64,000 bases of DNA from the human T2T-CHM13v2.0 reference genome, Homo sapiens (GCF_009914755.1 NC_060930.1), one strand, 5' to 3'. Counted from the first letter of the stretch, positions 13,645 through 27,206 are shown. A program made the numbers and translations. Notes: generated by a model not told the origin, from the letters alone.

Positions 13645-14039
13645 GTTCCAATGAAGACCAGATCTGAAGAATCCCTGAGAAGGCAAAGCCAATTAGGTCA
13701 CGCAAGTGACTTTAACCTTGCTTGATTTGCAAGTTATTTCTTGTAAATACCTATATTAAAGAAAAACAGAACTTAAGCTTAAACAATCTGAAGCAGCCAA
13801 CAAACATAATTAGACAACAAGGGATTTTCCAACAGCATAGGCCAAATAAGACAACTGTATAACCGTAACTAATCAAATAGTTTCTTTTCTTGACTTGTAT
13901 GTTCATCCTATAAAAGCCTTCCCTTTGCATTTCCTCAGTGGAGCTCCCAAACTTTTGGTTTGGAGGTTTCCAGTTCATGAGTTATTGTTTACTCACATAA
14001 ACTTTAAAACATTACTATGCCTCAGTTTCCCTTTTAACA
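13645..14039 (+). mobile_element. ERV1 MER4-group LTR (MER57/LTR54-like)
   Basis: ctataaaagc TATA, cagtggagctcc...ttcatga...taaactttaaaa...gcctcagttt...cttttaaca 3' terminus. Confidence 0.65.
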
Positions 14040-14820
14040 GTTTGCTAGCAACAAACTGTTTTCCTTTAAGCCTGTTTCCCTTTAGTTATTGATAGATTTC
14101 ACCTGATACAGAGTTTATGGTTGGCTTGTCTTTTCTTTCAGTAATTGAAAATGTTATACCACTTCAATCTGGCTCAGCTCCCAGTTAGGCCTGGCAGACA
14201 CTAGGGACAGGGAAAGGAGAAGCTGACAGTGCCAATCAGTTCCGCCTTCTACGTTGTTCCCTCCTGGATGCCGTATAGGTGTGGAGACTCTGTTTCCTTC
14301 TGATTCTAATGATAGGAACGGGTGCTGGGAGTGAAGTAGAGTGGTAACTAACCCTGCTTTGCCTCCCTCATTAAGTCTCATGGCTGTTGAGTGGCGGTGG
14401 GGCTTCAGCTGGCTCCTGGACTCGGTTCACACCATCTTGGGGGAAGAATTAGAGCGCCACCTGCTGCCCCTTTTGTCTGTAGGATGGAAAATTGGCTCAC
14501 TGCAAAGTCCAGCCAGCACCAGACATTGGTGTGATTGGAACGCTGCCTCCTGTTTTCACAGTCCAGGAGCAGGTTTGAAGACGAATTCCTTGCTAGGCCT
14601 TGCTGAAACCACTGAGGGCATCAGGGGAGGGGCAGATGCAGGGGTGGGGTGCCATTTTACTGTTGGTGTTTGGTTGGAGTATGGTGAGTTTACTGCCCAA
14701 AACGTTTACTATTGTGAAGCCACATTTTTCCTGGTCCTTAAAATAGGGCAAACTAAAGATTTCATGCCCATTGATGGTTCAGGACAACCAAGCTTCTCCA
14801 GAGACCTGTCTGGGACAAGG
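14040..14820 (-). mobile_element. L1MC-like 5' region (GC-richer 5'UTR)
   Basis: Continues the 13095-13345 fragment; repeated ctccc(a/t)...ggcct...tgacacca-like units resemble old L1MC 5' ends. Confidence 0.45.
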
Positions 14821-16069
14821 AAGCATTTGAATACAGTCTGTGTTGTATGAGTGGCAGTGGGGTAGGGAAAGGGTCAGACAGGAGAAGAGCAGTTTGGTTT
14901 TCACCACAAAAAGCTTGTTGTCCACAGAGCAGTGGTGATGTTATGGTGTGGAAGTGTGGATGGGTAAACTACAAATTCAATACAAATGAGAAGGCAGAAT
15001 GGAGATAAACATATTTGTCTCTTTCTCTGAGAGTTTTATGAGGTAAACACTGTATTATGTTTTTTTTCAAAATCATTTCCTTTCATTATGTATAAATGTT
15101 CGCCTAAATATGAGACCATTAGAACACATTTGGCATCTTAGAAGGAATGGGAAAGATAGATAATATAAAATGAGCTACTAGGCAATACATTTAAGTGGTT
15201 TGTTTTTTACGAAACTGTCCCAAAAAGGAGACAAGGTGTCTGACAGCTAGTCTTTTAAGTGTCTTTCTCTACAAAACATATCTGAACATCCAAATATGGA
15301 AGAGAGGAAATTGGGTACCTCAAAATGACTCTTTTAAGAGCTTTTCTCTGGCTCCCAAAGAGATTTGTTTGTTTTCAGAAGATTTATTCTGTTATTATCA
15401 CATCTGAAATGTGCTAGAAAGAAAGACTTTTGTTAGCTCAGAACAATAGTAAATCAGCTATCCTAAGTGCATTTCTGTCTTAAAGGTTTATTTTGTTTTG
15501 TTATAATTGAGATGAGTCAAGGAGACAATGGTATGGAAACACTTTTGATTCTGCATTGGGACAAAGGTCAGTAACTCAAGACCCCAGTGTCCTTGGAGTA
15601 AAAACATTTTATAAATATCTATTGGTGGGAAATGCTGCTCTAGTGAGGATTACAGCACACCTCTAAGAGCCTGGTGTCTACCAAAATGTTAGAAAGAGCA
15701 AGTGTCTTAGGAAATACATTTTGTATTCTATTTTTTGAGTACACTGGACAAGCTAAATATAGAGTAGAAATTGCTGTTTAGCTGAGATAATCTGCTTAAT
15801 GCATTCTGAGAGAGTTCGAATTTTTTTTTTTTTTTTAACAGAATGACTGCCAACTTTTATTCTGCATTAGATGGAGTTTTTGTCAGGCACTCATCCACCT
15901 CACACAGTTATAAAGTATCAGGCTCTCAGGTTAATTTTTACCATTCCAAATATTTGTACAGAAAATCGTTATTGTAGATGAGCAGATTTCGACTCCCAAC
16001 AGTATGACTTATGATTACATTGTGTTTGGTAAAATGCGTAACCTTACTTAGGCCCAGTTTTAAAAAATC

Positions 16070-17893
16070 TCATTTATAATTGTTACATCATTATTATGTA
16101 TATTTATGAGGCACAATGTAATGTTTTACACATATGTAAATTGTGTAATTATCAAATCAAGGTAAGTAGTATATCCATCGCCTTAAATATTTATCATTTC
16201 TTTGTTGTGAGGACACTCAAAAACCTCTCTTCAGGCTATTTTGAAACATACGTTTTTATTAACTCTAGTCATCCTACCATGCAATACTAGAAATTATTCC
16301 CCCAACTAGCTCTTTAGCTGTTGACCATGTCCCTCTCCTCTCCCCATCTTCTTGTAACCACCATTCTACTCTACTTCTACAAGAACAACATTTTAGATTT
16401 GACATATAAGTGAGATCATGTAGAATTTATCTTTCAGTGGCCTATTTCAGTCAGCATAATGTTCTCCAGGTCCCTCTATATTGCTGAAAATCGCAGAATT
16501 TTTATTCTCTTTTATGGCAGAATAGTATTCCATTGTCTATATATACTACATTTTCTTTATCCATTCGTCCATTGATGAACATCTAATTTAACCATACATT
16601 GGCTACTGTGAATAGTGCTGCAATAAACAGGAGCGCAGACATCTCTTCAACATACTGATTTCATTTCCTTTGGATATACTCAGTAGTAGGATTGCTGGAT
16701 CATATGATAGTTCTATCTTTAATGTTTTGAAGAATTTCCACACTGTTTTCCACAATGGCTGTACTAATTTACATTCCCAACAGTAGTATATAAGGACTGA
16801 CTTTTCTCCACATTCTCACCATCATTTGTTATCTTTTAATTTTTTTATTGTAGCCATTCAGACTTGATGAAAGTGATATCTCATTGTAGTTTGATTTGCA
16901 TTTTACAGTATTTTTGTCTACATTTTCTTTTGTTGCCCGTGCTTTTGAAGTTTTATCCAAAAAATCCTCACCTAGACTGATGTCATGGAGCTTTTGCCAT
17001 ATGCTTTCTTCCAGTGGTTATGTTGTTTGGGGTATTTACATCCTTAATCAACTTTGAGTTAATTTTGGTATATAGTGAGACATGAGAATCTAGTTTCATT
17101 CTTCTGCATGTGGATATCAAGTTTTCCAGCACCATATATTGAAGAGGATATCTTTTATCCATTATGTGTACTGGTACCTTTGTCAAAAATAAGTTGGCAG
17201 TAGATGTGTGGGTTTATTTCTGGGATTTCTATTCTATTTCATTGGTATATGTGTCTGTTTTAATGATAGTTCCATGCCTTTTTTCTTAATATGATTGTAT
17301 TATGTTTTGACGTCAGGTAGTATAATCCCTCAAGTTTTATTGGTTTTGCTCAAGATTGCTTTGCATATATAGGGTCTTTTGTGATTCCATATAAATTTTA
17401 GTTTTTTTTATATTTATGTGAAGAATGTCATTGATATTTTGATAGACATTGTATTGAATCTGTAAATTACTTTGGGTAGCATGAATATCTTAAATTTATT
17501 CTTAAAAATCTATAAACATATCTTTTCATTTTTGTGTCTTTTTTAATTTTTTCATTAATATTTTATAGTTTTCACTGTAAAAGTCTTTCACCTCTTTGTT
17601 ATATTTATTCCTAGATATTTCATTTTTTGTAGCTCTTGTAAAAGGAACTGCTTTCTTGATTTTTTTCAGATAATTTGCTCTTGGCATTTAGAAATACTAG
17701 TGATTTTTGTTTCTCAATTTTTTATCCTTCAACTTTACTGAATGGGTTTCTTAGTTCTAATAAATTTTTGGTGGAGTCTTTGGGGTTTTCTGTATATAAT
17801 ATTAGGTCATCTGCAAACAGCAGTAACTTGACTTCCTCCTTTCTAATTTGGATGCCCTTTGTTCCTTTCTCTTGCCTGATTTTTCTGGCTAGG
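16070..17893 (-). mobile_element. L1MA (MA4-7-like) 3' UTR plus ORF2 3' part, with internal deletion near 16910
   Basis: Antisense L1: gctattttgaaa..., gtgagatcatg, gaatagtattccattgt, gattgctggatcatatgatagttctat, ggagtctttggggttttct...tcatctgcaaacag. Confidence 0.92.
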
Positions 17894-18744
17894 TTAGTCT
17901 TGTTTTAAAAAATCCACATAATAAAGGTGATATTGCCTATTCAACAGGGTACGTTTAATATAATGTTTACCTTTGAGATAAAATATAGTGTGTTCTCTAT
18001 GAACAACACATATTGTTATATCTTTACTGTCATGAATGTCTAGGTGCCACAAGTATTTTGGAAATGAAAGACATATTATAGAAATTACATAACACAAATT
18101 CAGGAGATGCTGAGAAGTTTAAAGGCTGGAAGAGATACGTTAGAGTATCAGAGAAAAATAACTTTTCACCTGCAACTGTGGAATGGGTGAACAAGTCATC
18201 ATTTACAGAAAATCCAATACGCCAATCTGGCTGGTGAAACAGACTACAAAATAAAAGCTCATGAAGCGATCTATGACAAATGGCCATTTCACCTACAAAA
18301 CTACCGTCTTTATGGACCTCAACTGAGTAACTCAGAGACTGCTGTTAGTCAGCCAAGCTGGTAGTTGTTGAGACACGCTGGATGTGGAACAAAGGAGAAA
18401 GGGACAAGCTGAGACTCACTTCTGTCTATCACAAGGTCTGACCATGACAACTTTTCAAGAATAATGTCCTCTACTTTTCCTAAAACTTTCGTATTTCACA
18501 GAACTTTCTCTTTTGGCCAACTCTAACTAGAATTCATTCACAAAAAGTGATTCAGGGAAATGTAATTATTTGCCTTACACATTATCCAAATATCTAGACA
18601 AAATTCAAATGTATAAACTGAGGATGATTAGGTAAAGAGAAAGAGGAATGAAATATTACATTATAAAAAATATCTGCTTCCTGACTTTGATCTATCCTAT
18701 TTTCTATGTTTAATTGAGAACAGTTGGTATTTTCTACCTGATAC

Positions 18745-19425
18745 TGTGTCCGGAATTTATTCCTTCCTGTGGGTTCTTGGTTTCGCTGACTTCAAGTATG
18801 AAACCCCAGACCCTCATGGTGAGTGTTACAGCTCTTAAAGATGGTGTGTCTGGAGTTTGTTCCTTCAGATGTTCAGATGTGTTTGGAGTTTCTTCCTTCT
18901 GGTGGGTTCCTGGTCTTGCTGACTTCAGGAGTGAAGCCATGGACCTTCACAGTGAGTGTTACAGCTTTTAAAGGTGGCACGTCCGGAGTTGTTTGTTCCT
19001 CCCAGTGGGTTCGTGGCCTTGCTGACTTCAGGAATGAAGCTGCAGGCCCTCACAGTGAGTGTTACAGCTCATAAAGGTAGTGTGGACCCAAAGAGTGAGC
19101 AGCAGGATTTACTAAGAAGTGTGAAAGAACAAAGCTTCCACCCTGTGGAAGGAGACCCAGGAGGTTGCCACTGCTGGCTTGGAGGCTAGCTTTTATGCCC
19201 TTATTTGGCCCTGCCCACATCCTGCTGATTGGTCCATTTTACAGAGCACTGATTGGTCCATTTTACAGAGTGCTGATTGGTCCGTTTTTACAGAGTGCTG
19301 ATTGGTGCATTTACAAACCTTTAGCTAAACACAGAGCACTGATTGGTGTGTTTACAATACTTTAGCTAGACAGAAAAGCTCCAAGTCCCCACACGACCCA
19401 GAAGCCCAGCTGACTTCATCTCTCA
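18745..19425 (-). mobile_element. LTR12 (ERV9) solo LTR
   Basis: tgtgtccggaatt terminus, three gtgagtgttacagctc repeats, five gattgg units, cagctgacttcatctctca terminus; 4-bp TSD atac/atat. Confidence 0.95.
19189..19346 (-). promoter_or_regulatory. LTR12 U3 CCAAT-box (NF-Y) array with TATA-like ATAAAAG
   Basis: ATTGG at 19228, 19252, 19276, 19301, 19342; gcttttat at 19189-19196; activity not shown. Confidence 0.6.
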
Positions 19426-20788
19426 ATATGAATCTTATTTATACCTATGTCATTCTTGATTTATTAAATTATAAACTTTGTCAAGGTAGAATACTTATCA
19501 TTGCATTTAGCACGTTGGTTCCCACATAATAAGAACTCGGTAGCTATTTTTGAATTAGACATATAATCGTTATTAAGATTTAATTTTATCATTTTCAGGG
19601 TTTACATTTATCATCAAGCTTGATTAAAAGCATTACCTTTGAAGATAGGATTTAATCAGTGAATGAGAATTATTTGTGATCAGTATTTTGATGTTATAGG
19701 AACACATGATTCTAAAGTGATGGATTATACTTTAAAAAATTTACTATTTTAAGTTGTTTAAATATCTGCAATAAAATTGAAAATCTTTTAAGGTACTAAT
19801 ATTTCAATGATTTTGCCAAGGTGACAGTTTCTTTGTAAAAATCTTAAAATTCATAAAGTTGAGTCACATCAAAAATAATGAATTAGTAATCCAGACATTA
19901 TCTTAGCATATAATTTACTTTGAAATACCTATTCAGTGAGAATAAATTTATAAAACAGGGAGTTTCTGCATAATACAGTAAATATTTTCTTCTAAACCTA
20001 GAAAAACTATATGATATGCAAATACGATGATACAATGAGAATTGACCTGAGTCAACTCTTCTCTGGTGTTATTTAAAGACAAAAACAAAAACACCGGAAA
20101 CCTATTAGAGAGGCTGACATAATATGAAACCATAGCCATAATTTAGTATACATGTATATGTCTAAGAGACTAATATATTTTAAATAAATCTGTAGTAAAA
20201 ATATTTCCAGTTCAGAGGAATGGAAATGGTGACCCTAGATATAGAATCAAATTGGGAATATTCCAAAGAATGTACGATGATATACTATACAATTTCACCC
20301 TAAGGCAGTGTTTTTCAGTACTGTTTTAAAAAGGAGCAGCAAATTTTAAAAAATGAATTATTCAGTTCTCAAAGATTTTCTGTGAATTCAGTTTCATTAA
20401 ATACATTGGTAAGTGATAAACAGAAGAAAATTAGCTATATATGTATATTAACATTATTATGTCATATTTTTTATCATCTTGTGTGGTTCTTTTTTCCTAC
20501 TATGTATTAGAAGAAAATGAACAGAATATGTCAAATGTCAATACTAAACCAAAGTGTTATGTTTTTCAAACAAAATTGGCATTTTGTTACAATAATGCAA
20601 CAAAACTTTCTATGCATTTATAAATATGTTCCCCATTTTACTGAAATAAATTCTTAAATATCTAATGGATTTCTTCTTAGAGAAGTTAAATATTCATTTC
20701 TTTAAAATATGCAGCCTGCTGCTTAATAAATAGAGGTTTTATAACTGTGCTTTTGTTTATATATTTAAACGTATAATGTAAAATTTGT

Positions 20789-20804
20789 TATATATATATA
20801 TATA

Positions 20805-20838
<34 letters not shown>
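20789..20838. repeat. Microsatellite (TA)8 + (GT)15
   Basis: Read directly. Confidence 0.95.
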
Positions 20839-20842
<4 letters not shown>

Positions 20843-21514
20843 CAAATGTTGCATCTTATTCCGTGTTAAAACCAAGGGAGTCTTTAGGGATAAAGAGTTT
20901 AATCACATGAGGGAATTAAACTCTTTAGAGCTCTAGGGGACTATTGATTTAGATTGTGTTTTCATCTCTTTAAAAGACACCAATATGTCCTTACCAAAGA
21001 TTATTTGTTGTCTGCTTTGATAAATATATGACCAGATTGGAGCTGAAACCTAAACTACCAGGGATCAATCACACATTGCATCATTCATCCTAAGCCATGC
21101 ATTTGAAATTATCGTGTCCTTTTTTTTGACAAACAAGACTAAAAAAGACAAAAAAGACAAAAGCAGTGTTAAAATTCTCAATGTGTTTTCTAAGCCACAG
21201 AAGTTCTTATATTTTCCTAAATTTGCCACATCTCCAGACTCTTCTTGCCAAAATTATTTGTGTATGTATGTTTGTATGTATCTGTCTTTCTATTATCTTT
21301 CACTTGTCATCTATTTATCATTTGTAGATATTCATATAATAAAGGAATCTTTATTTTGTGGAATTATTTATTTGATATAAGGTTAATACTTTTTTTTAGG
21401 CAAAATTGTGTTATTATTTAAAAATAGTTAGAATTCTTTTTTTGTGAGACATATGTGTCACAAAAGCTTTGGACTATTTTCCAGTCTTTCCTTTTTCAAC
21501 TATCTATTTAAGAA

Positions 21515-22100
21515 TCACTTAATTCAACATTCAACAAATATTTTCAAGTGCATATCCTATTTGAAACAAAGGGGATATTATATTGACCAGATGTTGATAT
21601 GCTTCTTGCCCTATAAAGTTTATACTTTCATAGAAATGACAAATATCAAATATCAAACATTTAAGTATTATTACAATTTGGGATTCTACAGAAAAAGCTA
21701 AACACTTCTATAGGAAGTAGTGAAATATGTGTAAGAATTTCTTGGTTTGAATGAAGAAAATATCATAGGTTTGGTTTTAGTTTTGATTTTGGACATGAAT
21801 TTGAGTAAATTTTGAGACACTTAAAAGTAGAGAACAATTAGGAAGTGCAACATACATGCCTGAAACTCCAACACCCAAAGATAAATTTATGAATTTGAGA
21901 GTTATCTACATATAGATTAGAATTAAAGTTGTGAATGTGGGTGATACTGCCAACAGTAACAATGCAGAGTGAGAAAATAAAAGGTTAGAAGATGGAGGGA
22001 CAAGTAACCCCAGTATTTTTTTAGTCCAGTAGAAGAGATTGAAATGTAAAAGAGTTTACAGATTAATGGTTTTAGGGGTGAAAAGTAAAATGCAGAATAT
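21515..22100 (-). mobile_element. L2 fragments
   Basis: ttcaacattcaacaaatatttt (L2 tail, antisense); gattttggacatgaatttgag; aatttgagagttatctacatatag. Confidence 0.55.
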
Positions 22101-23620
22101 TGCACCTGGAATTTCACACCCTTGGGACTGTGTTAGGATAAAGTTAAGTTTAAAATAGATCCAGAGCCTTTACCTAAGGTTTTTCTAATTCAGGTAATGT
22201 CAAATTAAACAGAACCAGAAGCAGCAATGAATGACAGAACTTATGGTTATAAATTAGCTAGAAGAGGTAATGAACTATGTAGAATGGTCTTTACATATGG
22301 AGATCATTTCATAAAGACAAAACAGGTTGGCACAGAATACACATTTTTAGAATCATAAATTTTGGATCAAAGAAAATATTTGAATAACCATGCTATTATG
22401 TGTGTTCACAGCCCTTAAAAAAGGTTTAGCCCTTAACCTCCATAAAAATATATGAATTCACACTTCAAATATAACATTCAAGGAAAGTACATATATGCTT
22501 ATTTTTAAATGTAATGCAATCACTTCCATAGTACCTCATTTGAAACTCATTGCCATTAACAACCCTAGCAAACAACTGAAGCAGGAAATAGAAATTTAAT
22601 CTTCTGATATTTCTTTGTATATTTTTTCTCTGAAAACTGCATATTCTCTTACATTTACAATTGCTTGGTTCTATCATGTACATGAAAGGAAATGGTCTGT
22701 TTTTAAAGCAGTGGGGTTTTTTCATATTTTTCATTTTTGTTGGAAGATATGTTGCTGGTAAAATGAGAAAGCAGACAAACGTTGTGTGTCCCTTATAGAA
22801 GGCATCCCTTAAAGGGCTATTTGAGGGTGAATGAATTAATGGTAATTATTTTAATTTAGAATATCTCAGAGTCTTGATTATCAAATGATGTTGGTTCAAT
22901 AGAAGTGCAATAAATTAGGTATGATTTTTTTCTATTGTTTAGTGTTTGGATTACAAATGTAAAAAAATTCTAATCACCATGATCAAATGTCTATGCTAAC
23001 TGATTTAGATTTCACAGACAATAATTTTAATGATACTTTTTGAAAAAAATTCTCAAGAATATAGAACAGTGAAATAACAACTAAACTGAGTACATTCCCC
23101 AAATTATGCAGATCTCATATGCATTCATATAATTTTAACTTTAGAGCTATTCAAGAAATATAAATGTCTAACAGATAGAAGTGAGGAGAAATGGTGAGGA
23201 TTGTCCGTTAATGCATCTATGTAATTTGAAAAAAATACTTTGAGCAATAAAAAAGGACGAGTTTATTTCAAATTATAAAACAATAAAATTTAAAAGTATG
23301 AAACAAAATGACTTGACAATTTTTCTCACATACCATGAGAGTAGCAATAGGTATTTGAAGAGGTGAATTGATTTTAACTGTTTATTCACATATAATTATT
23401 TAACAAAGCATTATTAAGTCTTTGGTGTAATTTTAGTTTTGGTATACTTTTAGTGGCTAAGAAATTGTCCAGAGTTCCTCCAAGTACATTCAGCATTCTG
23501 GCCCATGATGTGGAATACAGTTAGAACAATCAATGTGGGACAAAAACTTGCTTAAAATGTAAGCCTCCAGAACCCTATCACCAAAGGAATTTTCCTGCTT
23601 GCCTTCACTAAGCAAGTTAA

Positions 23621-23915
23621 TTTTTTTTTTTTTTTGGACGGAGTCCCATTGTCGCCTAGTCTGGAGTGCAGTGGTGCGATCTCGGCTGACTGCAACCTCT
23701 GCCTCCCGGGTTCAAGGGATTTTCCTGCCTCCACCTCCTGAGTAGCTGGGACTACAGGCGCACACTACCAATCCCAGCCAATTTTTGTGTATTTTTTAGT
23801 AGACACGGGGTTTCACTATATTGGCCAGGCTGATCTCGAACTCCTGACCTCGTGATCCGCCCGCCTTGGCCTCCCAAAGTGCTGGGATTACAGGCGTGAG
23901 CCACTGTACCCGACC
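23621..23915 (-). mobile_element. AluSc-like, full length
   Basis: T15 tail, gacctcgtgatcc (2-bp diagnostic deletion), gggactacagg; TSD caagttaat / caggttaat. Confidence 0.96.
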
Positions 23916-23974
23916 ACAGGTTAATTCTTTTTTTTTTTTTTTATAGTAACGATATTTATAATTGCCATAGGGTG

Positions 23975-24488
23975 ACAGTCATACAAATTTGATTCTTAAA
24001 AAGACTAATAGAACTTCAAATAACAATACCTCTGAAGCTACAGTTTATTGCAGAAAAAGGATACAAGTCAACAATAGCATCAGAATAAAGATATACCTCA
24101 TAGCCAAAAGTTGCCTCACAACAAAGGCTCAAAAAAGACTAGACACAGGCCTCTGTTGTCCTTCCTCTATGGGGCAATAACAAAAATGGCACACCCTTCT
24201 CTCTCAAATCAGGCACCAAGGATATATGCATGGAACACCTTGGAACTAGGAGGCCCATTATGATCCTCAGCCAGGACTTCTTATACTCTGCCCTCCCTTG
24301 TGCACTTTCTTGCTACATGACCAGCCCCAATGGTAGAGCTCTCTAGTGTTCTCACTAAAACTAGGTTCAAATTATGCATATCAATATTACCCATTAAAAA
24401 ATGCTGACAAGCTAATACAAACTGCCCTAAGGTTTGCCTTGGACCCATGGTTTCAAAAATAAATTCTTATTAATCAACACACTACACA
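23975..24488 (-). mobile_element. Old LTR of MER21/MER68/MER76/MER77 type
   Basis: acagtttattgcagaaaaaggatacaag...agactagacacaggcctctgttgtccttcc. Confidence 0.5.
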
Positions 24489-24885
24489 GCTTGTCTAGGA
24501 GACAATACCACATTAGTACATTGTTGATTTCAACAAACCAATTCAGGCTAATTTTAGACCTTCATATTAGAATAGTCATATCTTTTTTCTTCATTTTTAT
24601 TTCTTTGATAGCAATATATTCAATATTTTACTGGGATATGTTGATATTCTAAAATACTTTGTATGTATTTTACATATAGATGGAGTTATACTTTATTTAA
24701 GTACTCTTCCAGATGACAGAGTATTTAAATATATTTTAATAAGTTCAAACAAAAATTAGATAACAATAAGCCTGTTATGATGATTGTGGTAGAACAATTT
24801 GTGGCATTCACAAGTCATTGTCATCTCTTGTTTTTTAAGTTGCTTTTAATTGTAATCCATCTGATTTGGGTCTTTTATGTCACAC

Positions 24886-25261
24886 TAAGGCAGGAGAACA
24901 GGGTCTGGAGACAGGGAGGCTTCACATCAGCTGCTGATTAATTGCAGACCTAGTCTTCATTTGCATAGGGTGTAATTTTGCTTCAGCCTGATTGGTCATG
25001 GGCCAAGTATTCACTTCAGCCTCTGATTGGTCACAGGCCAAGTGTTCATTTACATAGAGTATAATCAATACAAAACCTCTAAAGGGTACTTAAACCCCAG
25101 GAGATTTTGCAATTGGCCCTCTCCTGCTCTGTGGAGTGTACTTTCACTTCAATAAATCTATGTTTTTTCTTTTGTTGCTTTGTTTGTGCATTTTGTCCAG
25201 TTCTTTGTTCGACATGCTAAGAACCTGGATGACTGGTAGTTGAGACACTCCTCTGGTAACA
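24886..25261 (+). mobile_element. MER51-type ERV1 LTR, internally deleted
   Basis: taaggcaggagaacagggtctggagacaggga start; cttcatttgcat, ctgattggtc x2, aataaa; ...ctctggtaaca end. Confidence 0.85.
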
Positions 25262-25944
25262 ATATTTTTTCTTATAATTAGCAAATTACGTGTTTTTACA
25301 TGGCTTTATTTATTTGAAGGATTTAAATTATATTTTATATCACATTTGATAGAGTTCAATCCTAATTCAATTATTTTTCACAGAAGTAACTTAAAGTAAT
25401 ATATCCTTGTTTTACAACAATCGTTTCAAGTATTTCTGAGAGTACTGAAGTTGATAATATAGATTCTGCACAAATCAATGTTGTTTTCATTTACTCCTAT
25501 TTATTATATAAAATAATACTCTGTTCCTTATGTTATCTTTTTAGTGCTTTAATTCATAATGTGTATTGAATATCCAGTATTTGGAAGATAATTTTTAATA
25601 GAGGAAGTGACAAACAAGTGTGAAGAGTTATAAATGGCATGGTCAATATCAGTGCAGGAAGCTAGAGAAAGTTTATTATTTTAAGTTTAAACTGTGAAAT
25701 GAAAATTTAGGCCTGTGTTTAATTACAAATAGAGTCATAAAAGTGTTTTAGTCAGTGAATGTGGAGTACAAATTTTCTGAGAAGTATAACATGAACACAG
25801 ATTTCTTGACTCAAGCTTGAATATGTGATAGCAAACAATATTTTATGCATAAAGTTTGAACTGAGGATTATGACAGGGCTTATAAGCTTTTTTAAACTGA
25901 TTTTTATGTCCCTGGAAAATAGAGCTGTTCTTTTTCTTGTAGAT

Positions 25945-26385
25945 TAAGTTATTGTCCACAATTCTCTTCTGCTTGTATCCACTCTTTCTGCCATGTAACT
26001 TTGCATTTCCTCCTTTTTAAGGCAAAATTTATTCCCTTGACTTTTCACTTTAAACTTAGCTATGTGGATTTCTCTTGTCTATAAAATATCTGTGAAAATA
26101 AAAGCATTAATTTTGAGCCGAGATTAAAGCTGGCCTCACATGTTTCTGCAGGCTCTTGCATGTATGCCATTGCCCTATGTAGCACATGTCTTTCCTAGCC
26201 CACTGGTCCAAGGCGTATTAACGACTTATGCAGCTGACCCAGTGCTAACATGTCCCTTAGAGACACCCAGCAGAATGAAGCAGTGGGACCTCTGCAGCCT
26301 ATCTATCTATAGACGTGTGAGATATACATATTATTAAAATATTCAAATTAGTTTCTTTTTTACGTAGTAATAGTTGGCTGATATA
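25945..26385 (+). mobile_element. MLT1H/G-like MaLR LTR
   Basis: gccatgtaactttgca...cttagctatgtg...ctagcccactggtccaag...atagttggctgatata. Confidence 0.55.
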
Positions 26386-26684
26386 TGTTTTTATTCTTTG
26401 ATTTCTTCTTCACAAAGCCTTAACACTTTTTAAAGTTGGCACCCAAAATGGATGGACTAGGGATAAGGAAGATAGAGGTGGGCAAGTCTGCAAATGCCAA
26501 GTAGTTTTTATAAACTATGATATGAGGAGTCAACATTATTGAATGTGAAAATATATACCAATGATTTTCTTTGTTTCCATTATTTTCTTTCCCTATAAGA
26601 ACCAGACTAATCTTATTAAAACAAAAAAGGATTTCTATTGCAATCAAAATAAAATCTCAAATCATTACTGTTCTCTAATATGCC

Positions 26685-27206
26685 ACTCTACATGGCCTGG
26701 CCCATGCCATCTTCTCAAGCCTCATCTTAATCCAAACTTTCCCACATTGATTGTTCCTCCAACTATACCAATCTTATACCAATCTTGTTAAAGTCTATTG
26801 TATCATAATTTAATCTCCCTTGCTATCCCTCATTTTGCATCATCCTCACTATCCCTGAATAACTTTGTTTTTCTGGATATTAGTGTATTAGTGTTTTGTT
26901 AAAGATTATTAAATGGTTCACTCTAATCATCCTTCAAGTCTCAGCTCAAGTGCAATTCATCGTAGAGTTCTTCTTAACCACAAAGAATAAATTAAGCTCT
27001 CCAATCTTAGTCACTATTTCCCACTAACTTTCTATCGCTTATCATTCTTTGATAACTATAATATTTGTTTGATTACTTTCCTGCTATTCCCTTCTACCTG
27101 ACATGTAATTTATGAAAGCAGAACTCTTAGCTATAGTGTTTGTATTCATAGCTGTAGCCTTAGAACTTAGAGTTTTGACTAAAATAGAGTAAATGCTCAG
27201 AAAATG
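26685..27206 (+). mobile_element. L2 3' fragments
   Basis: catccttcaagtctcagctcaagtg ... atgtaatttatgaaagcagaact ... gtaaatgctcagaaaatg. Confidence 0.65.

Noticed and set aside
14341-14850. 169-aa ORF
   Set aside because: GTG start, no domain, overlaps a probable L1MC 5' region.
18050-18600. Possible ancient LTR (ggccaactctaactagaa...gattcagggaaatgtaatt)
   Set aside because: Only one short motif recognisable; family and boundaries not supportable without a Dfam search.
18714-19365. Repetitive ORFs and regularly spaced repeats resembling a CRISPR-like array
   Set aside because: These are the normal LTR12 internal tandem repeats; no unique spacers, no cas genes, eukaryotic context.
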